Part shown: positions 49,056-58,623 of the stretch, one piece after another
How positions within the stretch are numbered: the stretch's first letter is position 1
Layout: each line of letters begins with the position of its first letter
DNA from: a virus
Length of the DNA: 64,000 bases
IMG/VR virus record: IMGVR_UViG_3300024261_000014
Span: 19,880 to 83,879 of that record
Direction: 5' to 3' (one strand)
Notes under the pieces: generated by a model
Database searches by the model: none
What the model saw: only the letters and a program-made list of their open reading frames with translations
Told to the model about the DNA's origin: nothing
Translations under genes and position numbers: made by a program

Positions 49056-51590
49056 TTATACTCCAGTAGATTTCTTTGCCGTTTCAAACTTTTGAGAATT
49101 TTGTTTTACTTGTAATACACTTGCAGATGATGAATTATCAAATGTAGAATTTATCTCTACAACTTTCGGGTCTGTATATGAACCAGCTTTTTTTGCTGCT
49201 TTAATTAATGAATCCATATCCACTCGTAACATTCCACTTAGTTTTGTATCCCAACCTGATGGTGATAGTGTATGGTCAACTGAATTAACTTGAAATAAAC
49301 CATAATCTCTATATCTCTTTGGTAAGTAATCTACTGCGAATAAATCATACATACTTATTCCACCAATACCTGGAATAGTGAAGCTAATATTTAATGGTGT
49401 TAGTGGGTCTATAGCTGCTTGTGCTTCCGAAGATTTATTCATCATCCACAACATACCCCGTTCAAAACTTCCCAACATTTCTCCATCTGCGGTGTAAATT
49501 AATACTTCTTCCCTTTGAGATGGATTATCATCACCAAACCAATTATTTGCACTTTCGAATTTTTCAATCTCACCCTCAGTTTTTAAGCTCATCTCTGCGG
49601 ACTTTCCAACTTCTATATCAGTATCTAATCCCTCTAATTTATTTTGTTCTCCCACATTTGAAAGAACTAAATCAGAATTTGGGTCATTTGGGTCTTTTCT
49701 AGTCATTCTCTGCGGGCCAGTGTTGTTACTTGGGTTACCAAGATATGGAAACCAAACCTCATCAAGTATGTAATCCTTACTATCTTCTTGGGATTGTACA
49801 TTTGCAGTTTTATCTGCCATAGTTTGATTTTGCATTGATGCTAATGCAGTAACTCCTATATCTTCTGGTTTGCCACTTCCACCTTCACCTTGTGTACCAA
49901 AATTTTTATTACTATGAAACATTGCCTGTGTAGCCATTTGAGAACTCAACTTAACCTCTAAAGAGAAATCTTTAAACATTGAACGATTACTATATAATGG
50001 AAATTCAAAAACGTGATTTGGGTCATCAAATGTAGACCGTTTACCATCCATCTTAGGGTTAATATCTTTAATTCTATTTTCTGTAGCATAATTATCAATA
50101 ACCCCTATCCTACCATTGTGTCCAGCATCTTGTACTACTCTAAAATCCCAAAATGAACCATATTGTGCATTAACTGCATTCCAAAAATTATTTAAACCAT
50201 CTTCTAAACTTCTAATACCACTAAATTGTTGTGCAATAAAATCTGCACTAAATACTATATTTCTTATACTACCCCACTCCGAACCATCAATTTTGAATGG
50301 TAAAAATAAACTATTTATATCATCAAATGTTTTGCCCAAAGTTACATACTTTTCAGCAATTTTAGATTCAAATACCTTATTTGCATTCGCTCCGGCTTCT
50401 TTTATTGTTCGTATCCCAATATATTTACCTGGAAATTGTATGTGTGGATTCATCGTATATAAATGAAAACTATCCCTACATGGATTATCGCCAGTTATCT
50501 TTTCTGAATCAACTATCTCACCTAAACTATCTACTGAAATTGCATACTTCGTACCCATACTTCTAATTTGTGTAGTCAATTCACTACCAGGGTCGGTGGA
50601 ATCTGCTGCACCATATTTTTTAGTAACCATACCAAAGAATGTATTTAGAATCTCATCTTCAAACCAGCCATAACTACAATATCCCTTATTATTATCTTCT
50701 TGAAAATAAACTCCAGCAGCACCACTTTCAAATTCTAATTTGAGTCTTTCATTAAAAGATTTCATATAGGTTTCAAAATTTACTTGTGATTTCTGAAAAG
50801 CTTCTTCTATAGTTTTAGTATTTTTATTTCTTACCACTTCTGGTACAGGATTATCCGCGGGGTCTACGGGCCCTTTGAATAGTGTATTCCCCATTGAAGT
50901 TAATTCTGTAGTACAATCAAATTCTCCGTTAACTCCTATGTTATAACTAAAACTTTTTATAACACCCATAGCTGCATAATAATCACCACCACTTGATATA
51001 ATTTTTTCTTGTATCGAATTGTAGTATTGTAGTAAATCTTCAGGTTTTTCTGGCTTAGTTAATGTTTTAGTTTCGGGTGTTGACCAACCAAACTCTACTA
51101 AGACAGTTCTTCCATGTTTTAAAAATGCTTTTTCATATACCTCAAAATCATTTATGTCCCATAATTTCCAATTGATACTTACATTTTGTATCGAATGGTT
51201 TTTAAAACTTGTGGATATACCAATAACTCCTGTATGCGGTCTTAATATAGATGTTGGTTTATTGTTTAATAAATTAGTTTTTGAAGCAAGTGGTTGATTT
51301 AATGGTTGGCCATCTTTGAATGCACTTGATAACCGCATTGGTTTATGTCCAAGTTTTTCTAATGGATATACATACTGACCCTCAAATTCACCAGATGCGT
51401 GTTTTTTATACTCTGGAACTGCAGCTGTAACTCTAACCCAACAAGATTTTGTCATCATTTCGGATACACTATTTGATTGTTGTTCTTCTTGTAATCCTAA
51501 TGGACTCATATTACCACTTCGTGAAAGTGCATTCATTCGCTTATATAAGGTTTTTTGTATATTTGGTGGAATATTGTTAAATTGAAACAT
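49056..51590 (-). CDS. baseplate hub / tail-associated protein
   Basis: VLVEFGWS, FDCTTELTS, PGIGG..VDYLP..FQV..V.H....W.T; position after the LysM-like gene. Confidence 0.6.
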   Translation of the reverse strand: MFQFNNIPPNIQKTLYKRMNALSRSGNMSPLGLQEEQQSNSVSEMMTKSCWVRVTAAVPEYKKHASGEFEGQYVYPLEKLGHKPMRLSSAFKDGQPLNQPLASKTNLLNNKPTSILRPHTGVIGISTSFKNHSIQNVSINWKLWDINDFEVYEKAFLKHGRTVLVEFGWSTPETKTLTKPEKPEDLLQYYNSIQEKIISSGGDYYAAMGVIKSFSYNIGVNGEFDCTTELTSMGNTLFKGPVDPADNPVPEVVRNKNTKTIEEAFQKSQVNFETYMKSFNERLKLEFESGAAGVYFQEDNNKGYCSYGWFEDEILNTFFGMVTKKYGAADSTDPGSELTTQIRSMGTKYAISVDSLGEIVDSEKITGDNPCRDSFHLYTMNPHIQFPGKYIGIRTIKEAGANANKVFESKIAEKYVTLGKTFDDINSLFLPFKIDGSEWGSIRNIVFSADFIAQQFSGIRSLEDGLNNFWNAVNAQYGSFWDFRVVQDAGHNGRIGVIDNYATENRIKDINPKMDGKRSTFDDPNHVFEFPLYSNRSMFKDFSLEVKLSSQMATQAMFHSNKNFGTQGEGGSGKPEDIGVTALASMQNQTMADKTANVQSQEDSKDYILDEVWFPYLGNPSNNTGPQRMTRKDPNDPNSDLVLSNVGEQNKLEGLDTDIEVGKSAEMSLKTEGEIEKFESANNWFGDDNPSQREEVLIYTADGEMLGSFERGMLWMMNKSSEAQAAIDPLTPLNISFTIPGIGGISMYDLFAVDYLPKRYRDYGLFQVNSVDHTLSPSGWDTKLSGMLRVDMDSLIKAAKKAGSYTDPKVVEINSTFDNSSSASVLQVKQNSQKFETAKKSTGV

Positions 51591-51591
51591 T

Positions 51592-51900
51592 TTAATCCAC
51601 TCTATTGTTCAATCGTTCTAACTCCGATATTATTTCACCAAGGTCCATAGGTATGATTATTTTTTCACCTACTTTAAACTTAATATTACCCTTAAAACCC
51701 TCATTTGCTTTTGCTATAATCCACCATAAAGATTGGTCATCATAAAATCTATTTGCCAGTGAACCATAAGAATCGCCAAATCTTGTATAATAGGTTATAT
51801 CACTATCTTTTGATGTTATCTTTGGATAAAGAGTAGTGGATTTATATCGTACACCCTCTACCTTATCTTTCCTAACTCGTGTAAATTTATATCTATTCAT
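51592..51900 (-). CDS. LysM-like baseplate wedge protein
   Basis: GDSYGSLANRFYDDQSLWWIIAKAN ... IIIP. Confidence 0.75.
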   Translation of the reverse strand: MNRYKFTRVRKDKVEGVRYKSTTLYPKITSKDSDITYYTRFGDSYGSLANRFYDDQSLWWIIAKANEGFKGNIKFKVGEKIIIPMDLGEIISELERLNNRVD

Positions 51901-53330
51901 TAGTTAAGTCCATCTGACCAGCCGGTTTTTTTGCCTTTTCTGGTTGGAACTCTACCAAGGCTTGTTGGGTCTTGGTCACCAAATGTCTGATATTTACCAT
52001 CCCCATGACCACTATCCTCTAACCAAGGCACTTCATAATGTTTACTCAAGGTTGTAGGTAAGTATTTACCAATGTAAACGAAATTAACACTAACATTAAA
52101 AAACATAGGAATTTGAAATCCCTCATCAAGTTCCCAAGTAGCATTCTCTTCCATAGTGATTGTAATATTATCAAAGTAACCAGGTGTATTGTTGAATAAA
52201 TCACCAATAGTTAAATAAATATAAGGTGATACTGGTCTACCCTCACCATCTCCATCAAACATTGGTTTAAATGATGGATATCCCAATCCCATTAGATAAT
52301 TCATCTTCTCTTGAATGATTGGTATTTCTTGTTTGGTAAATGCTGCTACTTTAAAATCAAATCCAACACTACGATTAGTACCTGTATAGATATGTACACT
52401 ATCAGGTCTACCGATATATCTTTCTGTAGAATATTCTGGAGTGACAGTATCTGTTATTGAACCAAGATGAGCAGGAAAGATTAACCACTTTCCATTCACC
52501 GCATCTCTAATTCTAAACTTTATAAAATCTTTAGGTAGTTTATTCCCCTTAGTACCTGATGCATAACTTAACTTTCCGTATTGCCCGCCATATGGAACTT
52601 GTAGGGTATTGCTTGTACCCACTTCATAAATATCTGTACCTTTTTTTATTTTACCAGTCCCCAAATTAAATTCTTTAGCATCTACTCCTCCACCCAACCC
52701 ATCTTCACCAAACCCAAATGCTGCTGCGATATTTTGTCCAATTCCTGCTAACCCATCTCCCTTTACATTAGAAACATTTGTTGCATCAATAGTTTCACTA
52801 TTCTCTACTTCATCTTGATATCTTGGTGGTGTACCTAAAGGATTAAGAAATGTTTTGTTATGTCTTTCTGCGTGTACTAATGGTGCGACAGATAACATTT
52901 GTCTTAGTGGATTATATTTTCTCGTTTCTTTTCTTGGGTTTTGATTTTGTAATAATGCTTGTTTTAATCCAAAGATAACACCTCTTGGTGATGCTGCAAA
53001 CTTTGCTATTCTAATAACATCTTCTACAGTTCTTTGTACTTGTAATGGTAAATCAATTGCCCATATTCCTGTATGAGCATAACTATCACCTATATCTCGT
53101 ATAATAAATGGTTCATCAAATCCTAAACCATCTCCTCGTAATGAATTATTACCACCGAGTTTTTTATATTGTGCATCAATCTCACTACCCCTATCTCCCA
53201 ACTCAGGTATAGGTGGTGTTATTGTGGTATCACCTGCTGGCAAATTACTCTGATTGGAATCGTGTTTCTGTGATTTATCCCAGTCGAAACTTGTTAGTTT
53301 ATCTGTTTTTAGTTTTTCAAATAGTCCCAT
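51900..53330 (-). CDS. baseplate / tail-tube-initiator-like protein
   Basis: FPAHLGSITD, YIGRPD..YTGTNR...F.F, LTIGDL; follows the tape measure gene. Confidence 0.6.
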   Translation of the reverse strand: MGLFEKLKTDKLTSFDWDKSQKHDSNQSNLPAGDTTITPPIPELGDRGSEIDAQYKKLGGNNSLRGDGLGFDEPFIIRDIGDSYAHTGIWAIDLPLQVQRTVEDVIRIAKFAASPRGVIFGLKQALLQNQNPRKETRKYNPLRQMLSVAPLVHAERHNKTFLNPLGTPPRYQDEVENSETIDATNVSNVKGDGLAGIGQNIAAAFGFGEDGLGGGVDAKEFNLGTGKIKKGTDIYEVGTSNTLQVPYGGQYGKLSYASGTKGNKLPKDFIKFRIRDAVNGKWLIFPAHLGSITDTVTPEYSTERYIGRPDSVHIYTGTNRSVGFDFKVAAFTKQEIPIIQEKMNYLMGLGYPSFKPMFDGDGEGRPVSPYIYLTIGDLFNNTPGYFDNITITMEENATWELDEGFQIPMFFNVSVNFVYIGKYLPTTLSKHYEVPWLEDSGHGDGKYQTFGDQDPTSLGRVPTRKGKKTGWSDGLN

Positions 53331-53332
53331 TA

Positions 53333-55690
53333 CTACTCCTGAGTTAACCTTGCGATTTCGTCTACACTCTTACCAGTATTCTTAGAAACTTCCATCATTA
53401 TTGCTGCTAATTCTGCCATCTCCATACTTCTCTTATCTGAGTCACCTGATTCTGCTTTCGCTTTTAAGAATGCTTCCAATGTACCTTGAGCCATTGCTTG
53501 CTGTACCATTTGTTTTTGTTTTGCATCTAAATCACCAAATTCTTTACTTACCATTCCACCCATAGCAGAATCACGAGTAGTTCCAGGTGTTGTACTTACA
53601 CCACCCTTAGCTTGGACAGTTCCGGTTAATTCAGGTTTCTCACCTAATAATTTTCCAACCATTGGGATAGAGTAAATTAAATCAATAACTCCTTGCATCA
53701 CACTTTTAAATATACTTACAATTCCATCTCTAAAATCTCTAAATACATTTGCAACGACTGTACCCATATTTTCCCATCCGAAGAATTCACCAATATTATT
53801 TAGAATACCCTCACCTAACCCAAGTATCATATCGGTCAGAAATACATATAGCGTGGTCATTGCAAGTCTTAGTCCAACCAGTAATTTTAAAAATATTTCA
53901 GGTAAAGCTTTAACTAATGCTACTAATGTAGTTGCTAATGCCTGTCCTAACTTGGTTGCGAAAGTTCCCTCTCCACCAAATATCTCACCAACTTGTTTCA
54001 TTATTGATGAACCTAAATTAGCAAGTGCTGAACCTAAACCAGATTCACCAAATGCTGCTTGGAATATATTCTTGTAGTAATCTACTAAACCAGTACCCAT
54101 ATCAGTTACAAAACTACTAAACCCATCTAATGCAGTAATTAATTGTTCCATCAACTCATTCATTCTCTCTTGTGGAGTCGATTTTGGTGGTGCTAACGAT
54201 ATCTTACCACTTGAAAGTTTATTCATCTCCTCTACGGATACCCCAATAGAATCTGCCAATGCTCTTCTCTGCAGAACATTCAATTTACCAAGTTCTGCTT
54301 GTCCACCTAATTGTTTTACAACATCTGCAGTTGCTCCTGCAACATCTCCACTTAATGCAAGTTCACGAGCTTTATTATAATTTAATTGCTTCCCAATCAT
54401 CATTGAAGCTTCCATTTCTTTTTCAATACTTGATTCAAAATCTAATAATGAATTAGCAATCTTTGCGGTAGTACCTAAGTTAACTCCAAGTTTCTTTGCT
54501 TGTACTGCGGCTTTGGCTATATTCTTTCCACCATCTGCTCCAAACTCTGCAAACATCTCTGTATTTGCAGCGATATCTTTCATCACTGCTCCAGGTGCTA
54601 CATTATTTGCAACTGCAAGTTCTGAAGTGAGTTTAACCATATTAACCCCAGCTTCAAAACTACCACCACTTATATCCATGAATGATTTAACTAATACAGC
54701 AGAATCTTCAGTAGCAATACCTAATGTTTTTTCCATTCTACCAAGTGATTTTATATTCTTAGAAGTTACTTGGTCTAAATTACCGAATTCGTCAGTTAAC
54801 TGACTAGCAATCTGATTAACATCATAACCCATTACCATTGCTTCTAAACGAGCACCTTGTAATTGTTTATTTAACATTGTTGCCTGCCCGACACTTGCTC
54901 CTAATCCATCTCGTAATGCAAATGAATCGGATATAAATTTTTTCATTAACGCAAGAATACCAATAATAACAGCAGCAAGTAAGAAGATTGGATTTGCCAA
55001 CAACACTTTTGTAAACATTTTAGCACTTTTAATCATACCTTTCATCTTAGTACCCATTGATGTAAACTTACCTATGGTGGCATCGCGTAATGAGTTTTCA
55101 GCCTGTAAATAATCTTGTTGTTCTTGTAAAACATCAACTTGAGCATCCATATCACCCAAAACTTGGTTTATAGCTTTTTTAGAAGCTGCATCTGCGTTAA
55201 CCGATTTCTTTTTAATATCTACTATTGAGCTTTGTAATGCAGCTAAATCTGCTCCTGCTAATACTTCCTCATCGGTAATATCTAAGATACCTTGTCTTAA
55301 TCCTAATAATCCCTTTGCTGCTTCTTGTTGAATATTAAGTTGTCTTGAAGTTTTCTCAACATCCTTACCACCTTTCTTCATAGTAGTAGCATTTAACTTT
55401 GCCATAACATTAGCTTCTGCTAAAATTGTGGCTCTATTTTGTGTTGCTTTGGTTATTCCAGTTGAGAGGTCTAATTGGTCTTTTAACCCTTTGTAATATT
55501 TATCGGATTCTTTATTAGCATGTGCAATCCCATCCACTCTACCATTAGCTAATACTAATAGTTTTGCTGCTCTTTTTTCTGCGGCTTTATCACCCTTTTC
55601 TTGAGCGGCGTAAAGCTCATCTTGAAGTACCTTTAATTTTTCGGTTTCTCTTGAGAGTTTATCTACTTGTTTAGGACTTAAACCAGCCAT
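53333..55690 (-). CDS. tape measure protein
   Basis: Long Ala/Gly/Leu-rich helical protein with hydrophobic stretches, downstream of tube and chaperone genes. Confidence 0.8.
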   Translation of the reverse strand: MAGLSPKQVDKLSRETEKLKVLQDELYAAQEKGDKAAEKRAAKLLVLANGRVDGIAHANKESDKYYKGLKDQLDLSTGITKATQNRATILAEANVMAKLNATTMKKGGKDVEKTSRQLNIQQEAAKGLLGLRQGILDITDEEVLAGADLAALQSSIVDIKKKSVNADAASKKAINQVLGDMDAQVDVLQEQQDYLQAENSLRDATIGKFTSMGTKMKGMIKSAKMFTKVLLANPIFLLAAVIIGILALMKKFISDSFALRDGLGASVGQATMLNKQLQGARLEAMVMGYDVNQIASQLTDEFGNLDQVTSKNIKSLGRMEKTLGIATEDSAVLVKSFMDISGGSFEAGVNMVKLTSELAVANNVAPGAVMKDIAANTEMFAEFGADGGKNIAKAAVQAKKLGVNLGTTAKIANSLLDFESSIEKEMEASMMIGKQLNYNKARELALSGDVAGATADVVKQLGGQAELGKLNVLQRRALADSIGVSVEEMNKLSSGKISLAPPKSTPQERMNELMEQLITALDGFSSFVTDMGTGLVDYYKNIFQAAFGESGLGSALANLGSSIMKQVGEIFGGEGTFATKLGQALATTLVALVKALPEIFLKLLVGLRLAMTTLYVFLTDMILGLGEGILNNIGEFFGWENMGTVVANVFRDFRDGIVSIFKSVMQGVIDLIYSIPMVGKLLGEKPELTGTVQAKGGVSTTPGTTRDSAMGGMVSKEFGDLDAKQKQMVQQAMAQGTLEAFLKAKAESGDSDKRSMEMAELAAIMMEVSKNTGKSVDEIARLTQE

Positions 55691-55698
55691 AAATTACA

Positions 55699-55911
55699 TT
55701 ACCAATTCTTACTATGTTTTAGTATATCTTGAGTATTTTTTGCAATTTTAGCTCTATACTTTTTAGCTATCTTCCTCATCTTTGGGTCTGTTACATTGAT
55801 GATGGCTTGATTTTTTTTCTTTCTTTCTTTATTAACCATACCAATAAGTTTATCTACGATATTATCGATGATACCCTCAACAAATTGGTGCTTGTTTACT
55901 ATTTTAGACAT
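55699..55911 (-). CDS. small hypothetical protein
   Basis: AGGAG RBS; directly precedes the tape measure gene. Confidence 0.6.
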   Translation of the reverse strand: MSKIVNKHQFVEGIIDNIVDKLIGMVNKERKKKNQAIINVTDPKMRKIAKKYRAKIAKNTQDILKHSKNW

Positions 55912-55970
55912 TATATATCTCCTGAAATGTAGTTATTCGTAACTATAAATAAATATTAGGAAATGAAGTT

Positions 55971-56162
55971 TTATCTTCTTTTCTTGGCGGTTTTCATTGC
56001 CTCTTGTTCAGCCTTCTTGGCTTCAGATAAAGAATTTAAATAAAATCTTCTTAAATATACTGGTAGTTTATAGACTTCTGATTGAGTCCATCCACCCTGA
56101 CCATAATAACACAATGAAAATATTTCATCGTGTACAACTTTCTTATACTCGGGCTTCAGGCC
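55971..56162 (-). CDS. probable frameshift extension of the tail assembly chaperone (no start codon of its own)
   Basis: Open +1 frame GLKPEYKKVVHDEIFSLCYYGQGGWTQSEVYKLPVYLRRFYL...KRR* begins at a T7 run. Confidence 0.65.
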   Translation of the reverse strand, partial: GLKPEYKKVVHDEIFSLCYYGQGGWTQSEVYKLPVYLRRFYLNSLSEAKKAEQEAMKTAKKRR

Positions 56163-56919
56163 AAAAAAATGTAACCCCGATTGGTATTGTGACCATGTGG
56201 GGCTCTCCTATTTCTGAAGTTATTTCTACCTCAAAATTTATATCGGGAGAAAGTTCTTTGATGTGTGCTCTAAACTCTCGTGAATCTATTGATAAAAATT
56301 TATTATCAACAAAATCATCAATAACTTTTTTATCATCAACACCATCTATTGAAATAATTTGTTTCTTTAATCTTGTAGTAAGTTCTTTAGAAACCCCAGT
56401 TACTTTAGTAATTTTTTCTAATGCTTTTAAAGTATTTCCAACTTCAAGTTCATCCTTGTGGGTAACCAATCTAAATTCTAATACTACCTTTGAATTTGGT
56501 AGTGTGTATGAGAATAAATTCTTACCTGCAGAATATTTCTTTTCATCAAGTTTTAGAGTTTTTAGTGATGTTAAATCAATAGAATGTTCTACCTGATTTC
56601 CCGTATCGGGGTCCTTGAGTGTAATAGGATAGTCTTTACCATATCCAAGTACTCGTGTACCAACCATTAATGCATTCTTATCACCAATTAACATATCGTT
56701 TAATTTAACTTTTGGGTCTGCTATGACACTTTCTAAAAGTTTATCAATTACAGTCCCTCTCTCGATTAAATTTGATGATGTTAGAATATCTTCTTCTTTT
56801 GCAGTCATATACTTGACTTCTATTTTTCCACTACTTAACGGACTATCTTTTGAATATAGTAACCCCTTTGAAGGTAACGATAGTTCTTCAGTAGGGAAAT
56901 CGTACTGATTATCAGCCAT
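56143..56919 (-). CDS. tail assembly chaperone / baseplate-hub assembly protein (T4 gp26-like)
   Basis: LPSKG, MTAKEEDIL, GD...L....R..GYG, FFWP; lies between tube and tape measure genes. Confidence 0.7.
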   Translation of the reverse strand: MADNQYDFPTEELSLPSKGLLYSKDSPLSSGKIEVKYMTAKEEDILTSSNLIERGTVIDKLLESVIADPKVKLNDMLIGDKNALMVGTRVLGYGKDYPITLKDPDTGNQVEHSIDLTSLKTLKLDEKKYSAGKNLFSYTLPNSKVVLEFRLVTHKDELEVGNTLKALEKITKVTGVSKELTTRLKKQIISIDGVDDKKVIDDFVDNKFLSIDSREFRAHIKELSPDINFEVEITSEIGEPHMVTIPIGVTFFWPEARV

Positions 56920-56992
56920 TATTATTTCTCCTATGAAATGTGTTTAAAACCATTATACTTATAACTATTATGTAACTTTCGAAAAAACGAAT

Positions 56993-57214
56993 TTATTTTT
57001 TGAATACTTTTTCAGCTCCTGCGATTCCAAATGAACCTAAAGTAGTGAATAGAAAAGAATTGTAAACAACATCGTTAATTACTAAATCTTTACCCATTAT
57101 ACCTGTTACAACATCTGCACCTGCAAACATTACCATTATAGCAAAAGCACCGAACCCTATGATTGATTTTTCATTGAACTCATTATCATCTTTAAAGATA
57201 TCTTTAAACGCCAT
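56993..57214 (-). CDS. small membrane protein with two hydrophobic helices (holin-like?)
   Basis: IIGFGAFAIMVMFAG and FLFTTLGSFGIAG segments, basic C-terminus. Confidence 0.55.
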   Translation of the reverse strand: MAFKDIFKDDNEFNEKSIIGFGAFAIMVMFAGADVVTGIMGKDLVINDVVYNSFLFTTLGSFGIAGAEKVFKK

Positions 57215-57233
57215 TATGTTTTCCTTATAGTTA

Positions 57234-57725
57234 TTAGAACGAGAGTACTGCGTAATCGTAACGTAGTGTTAACGATATATCAGCAACATCTGTTCCATTA
57301 GCAAAATCTAAATCATTGAAGTTTGCTGTTTGAATGAAAGCACCATGTAGTACCCATTCTTCAACCTTATCACCGACTGGTCCTAAAAGATTGAAACGAA
57401 CTTCTTTTTTATAAAAGTCTGCATATCCATCACGACCTGTTACTGATTCGTGATGTAATCTTACCCATTCCATTACTGCTTGTGCTCCACTTGGAACGAT
57501 TGGGTCATATAGAGTAATTTCTAATGGCTCCCAAGTACCTTTACCTTTAACATATCTTTTTACATTGATATGATTAAGTTCGATTTCTTCAAAAGTAATC
57601 TGTGGTCTATTAGCTGTCTTTACGAAATAAGATGGTATCCCATCAATATACATAATGAACCTATTCTTTGTTTTCGGTTCAAATGCTTTAAAAAAGATTT
57701 CATCTGTTGTTAATATGTCGGCCAT
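57234..57725 (-). CDS. tail tube protein (T4 gp19-like)
   Basis: FEPK..NRF, W..LEITLYDP, VMEW, YKK, EEW.L.GAF, LTLRYD. Confidence 0.88.
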   Translation of the reverse strand: MADILTTDEIFFKAFEPKTKNRFIMYIDGIPSYFVKTANRPQITFEEIELNHINVKRYVKGKGTWEPLEITLYDPIVPSGAQAVMEWVRLHHESVTGRDGYADFYKKEVRFNLLGPVGDKVEEWVLHGAFIQTANFNDLDFANGTDVADISLTLRYDYAVLSF

Positions 57726-57847
57726 TGCCTATCTCCATTTAAATTAGTGCTGTTTTTTTCTTCGATAATAAATATCAGGTTATTAAAAAATGTGTAATTT
57801 CTTATATCATTCTTTGAAGTTTTATTGAAGTTTTTTGAAAATAATCC

Positions 57848-57877
57848 TTGACTTGTATAGTATTTATGTCGTATATT
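57848..57877 (+). promoter_or_regulatory. sigma70-like promoter TTGACT-N18-TATATT
   Basis: Upstream of the 57904 ORF, which has a GGAG RBS. Confidence 0.7.
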
Positions 57878-57903
57878 TAGGTATAAGAAATGGGAGATAA
57901 ATA

Positions 57904-58098
57904 ATGAAGTGTGATAAATGTAAAAAAATCAAAGCTGTTATTAAGTATAATGGTGGGAACTATTGTACTTGGTATTGTGTGAAGAGTAAATGTCTTACTC
58001 CACCAAATATCGGTGGTGAAGCATTATATCTGAAATTGGGTAGAGATAAAGAGAACCATGATTTTGATATGGCTATGAATGGTATAGAAATTTATTAA
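57904..58098 (+). CDS. small Cys-rich hypothetical protein
   Basis: CxxC..CxxxC; has its own promoter and RBS. Confidence 0.65.
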   Translation: MKCDKCKKIKAVIKYNGGNYCTWYCVKSKCLTPPNIGGEALYLKLGRDKENHDFDMAMNGIEIY

Positions 58099-58116
58099 AA
58101 AAAAATAAAAAAACAC

Positions 58117-58146
58117 TTGACTTATATGGCGAAATGGCCTTATATT
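58117..58146 (+). promoter_or_regulatory. sigma70-like promoter TTGACT-N18-TATATT
   Basis: Upstream of the 58173 ORF, which has an AAGGA RBS. Confidence 0.7.
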
Positions 58147-58172
58147 AGAGTATCAAATAAAGGAATTAAAAT

Positions 58173-58421
58173 ATGATTAAGATAAAACAACAAATTAGGG
58201 GATTAAATTCACTTTCAGAACTGAATGAATTATCTTCCTATATTAATGAGTGTAAGACTATGATAGGTAAAACTTCATTGTCTGTAGGTTCTAAGGTTTG
58301 GGTTGTTCAAAAGACAAAGAAAACTGAAGGCGTTGTCACTAAAATGAATACCAAGAAAGCTTTGGTTGATATGAATGGTAGGATTTATAGTGTACCATTT
58401 TCAATGTTAGAACTAATGTAA
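58173..58421 (+). CDS. small protein with SH3/KOW-like beta barrel
   Basis: LSVGSKVWV....EGVVTKMNTKKALV......YSVPFSMLE. Confidence 0.7.
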   Translation: MIKIKQQIRGLNSLSELNELSSYINECKTMIGKTSLSVGSKVWVVQKTKKTEGVVTKMNTKKALVDMNGRIYSVPFSMLELM

Positions 58422-58562
58422 TTATATTAGATTCGTGGGTTGCCGATATACTACGATAATTTGGAATCGGTATGGGTTATGTAGTGTTTCACGATATTAG
58501 AAACAACCCTTGTGAGTTAGGTGGTTAAACTCTCAAAATTTATTCATTGGACCTCCTAAAAA

Positions 58563-58598
58563 GAAAAACCCACAGTCATTTAAGATTGTGGGTTTTTC
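58563..58598. terminator. bidirectional intrinsic terminator
   Basis: GAAAAACCCACAGTC / GATTGTGGGTTTTTC between convergent transcription units. Confidence 0.8.
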
Positions 58599-58623
58599 GT
58601 ATAAGCGATTTTATAAGTTAAAC

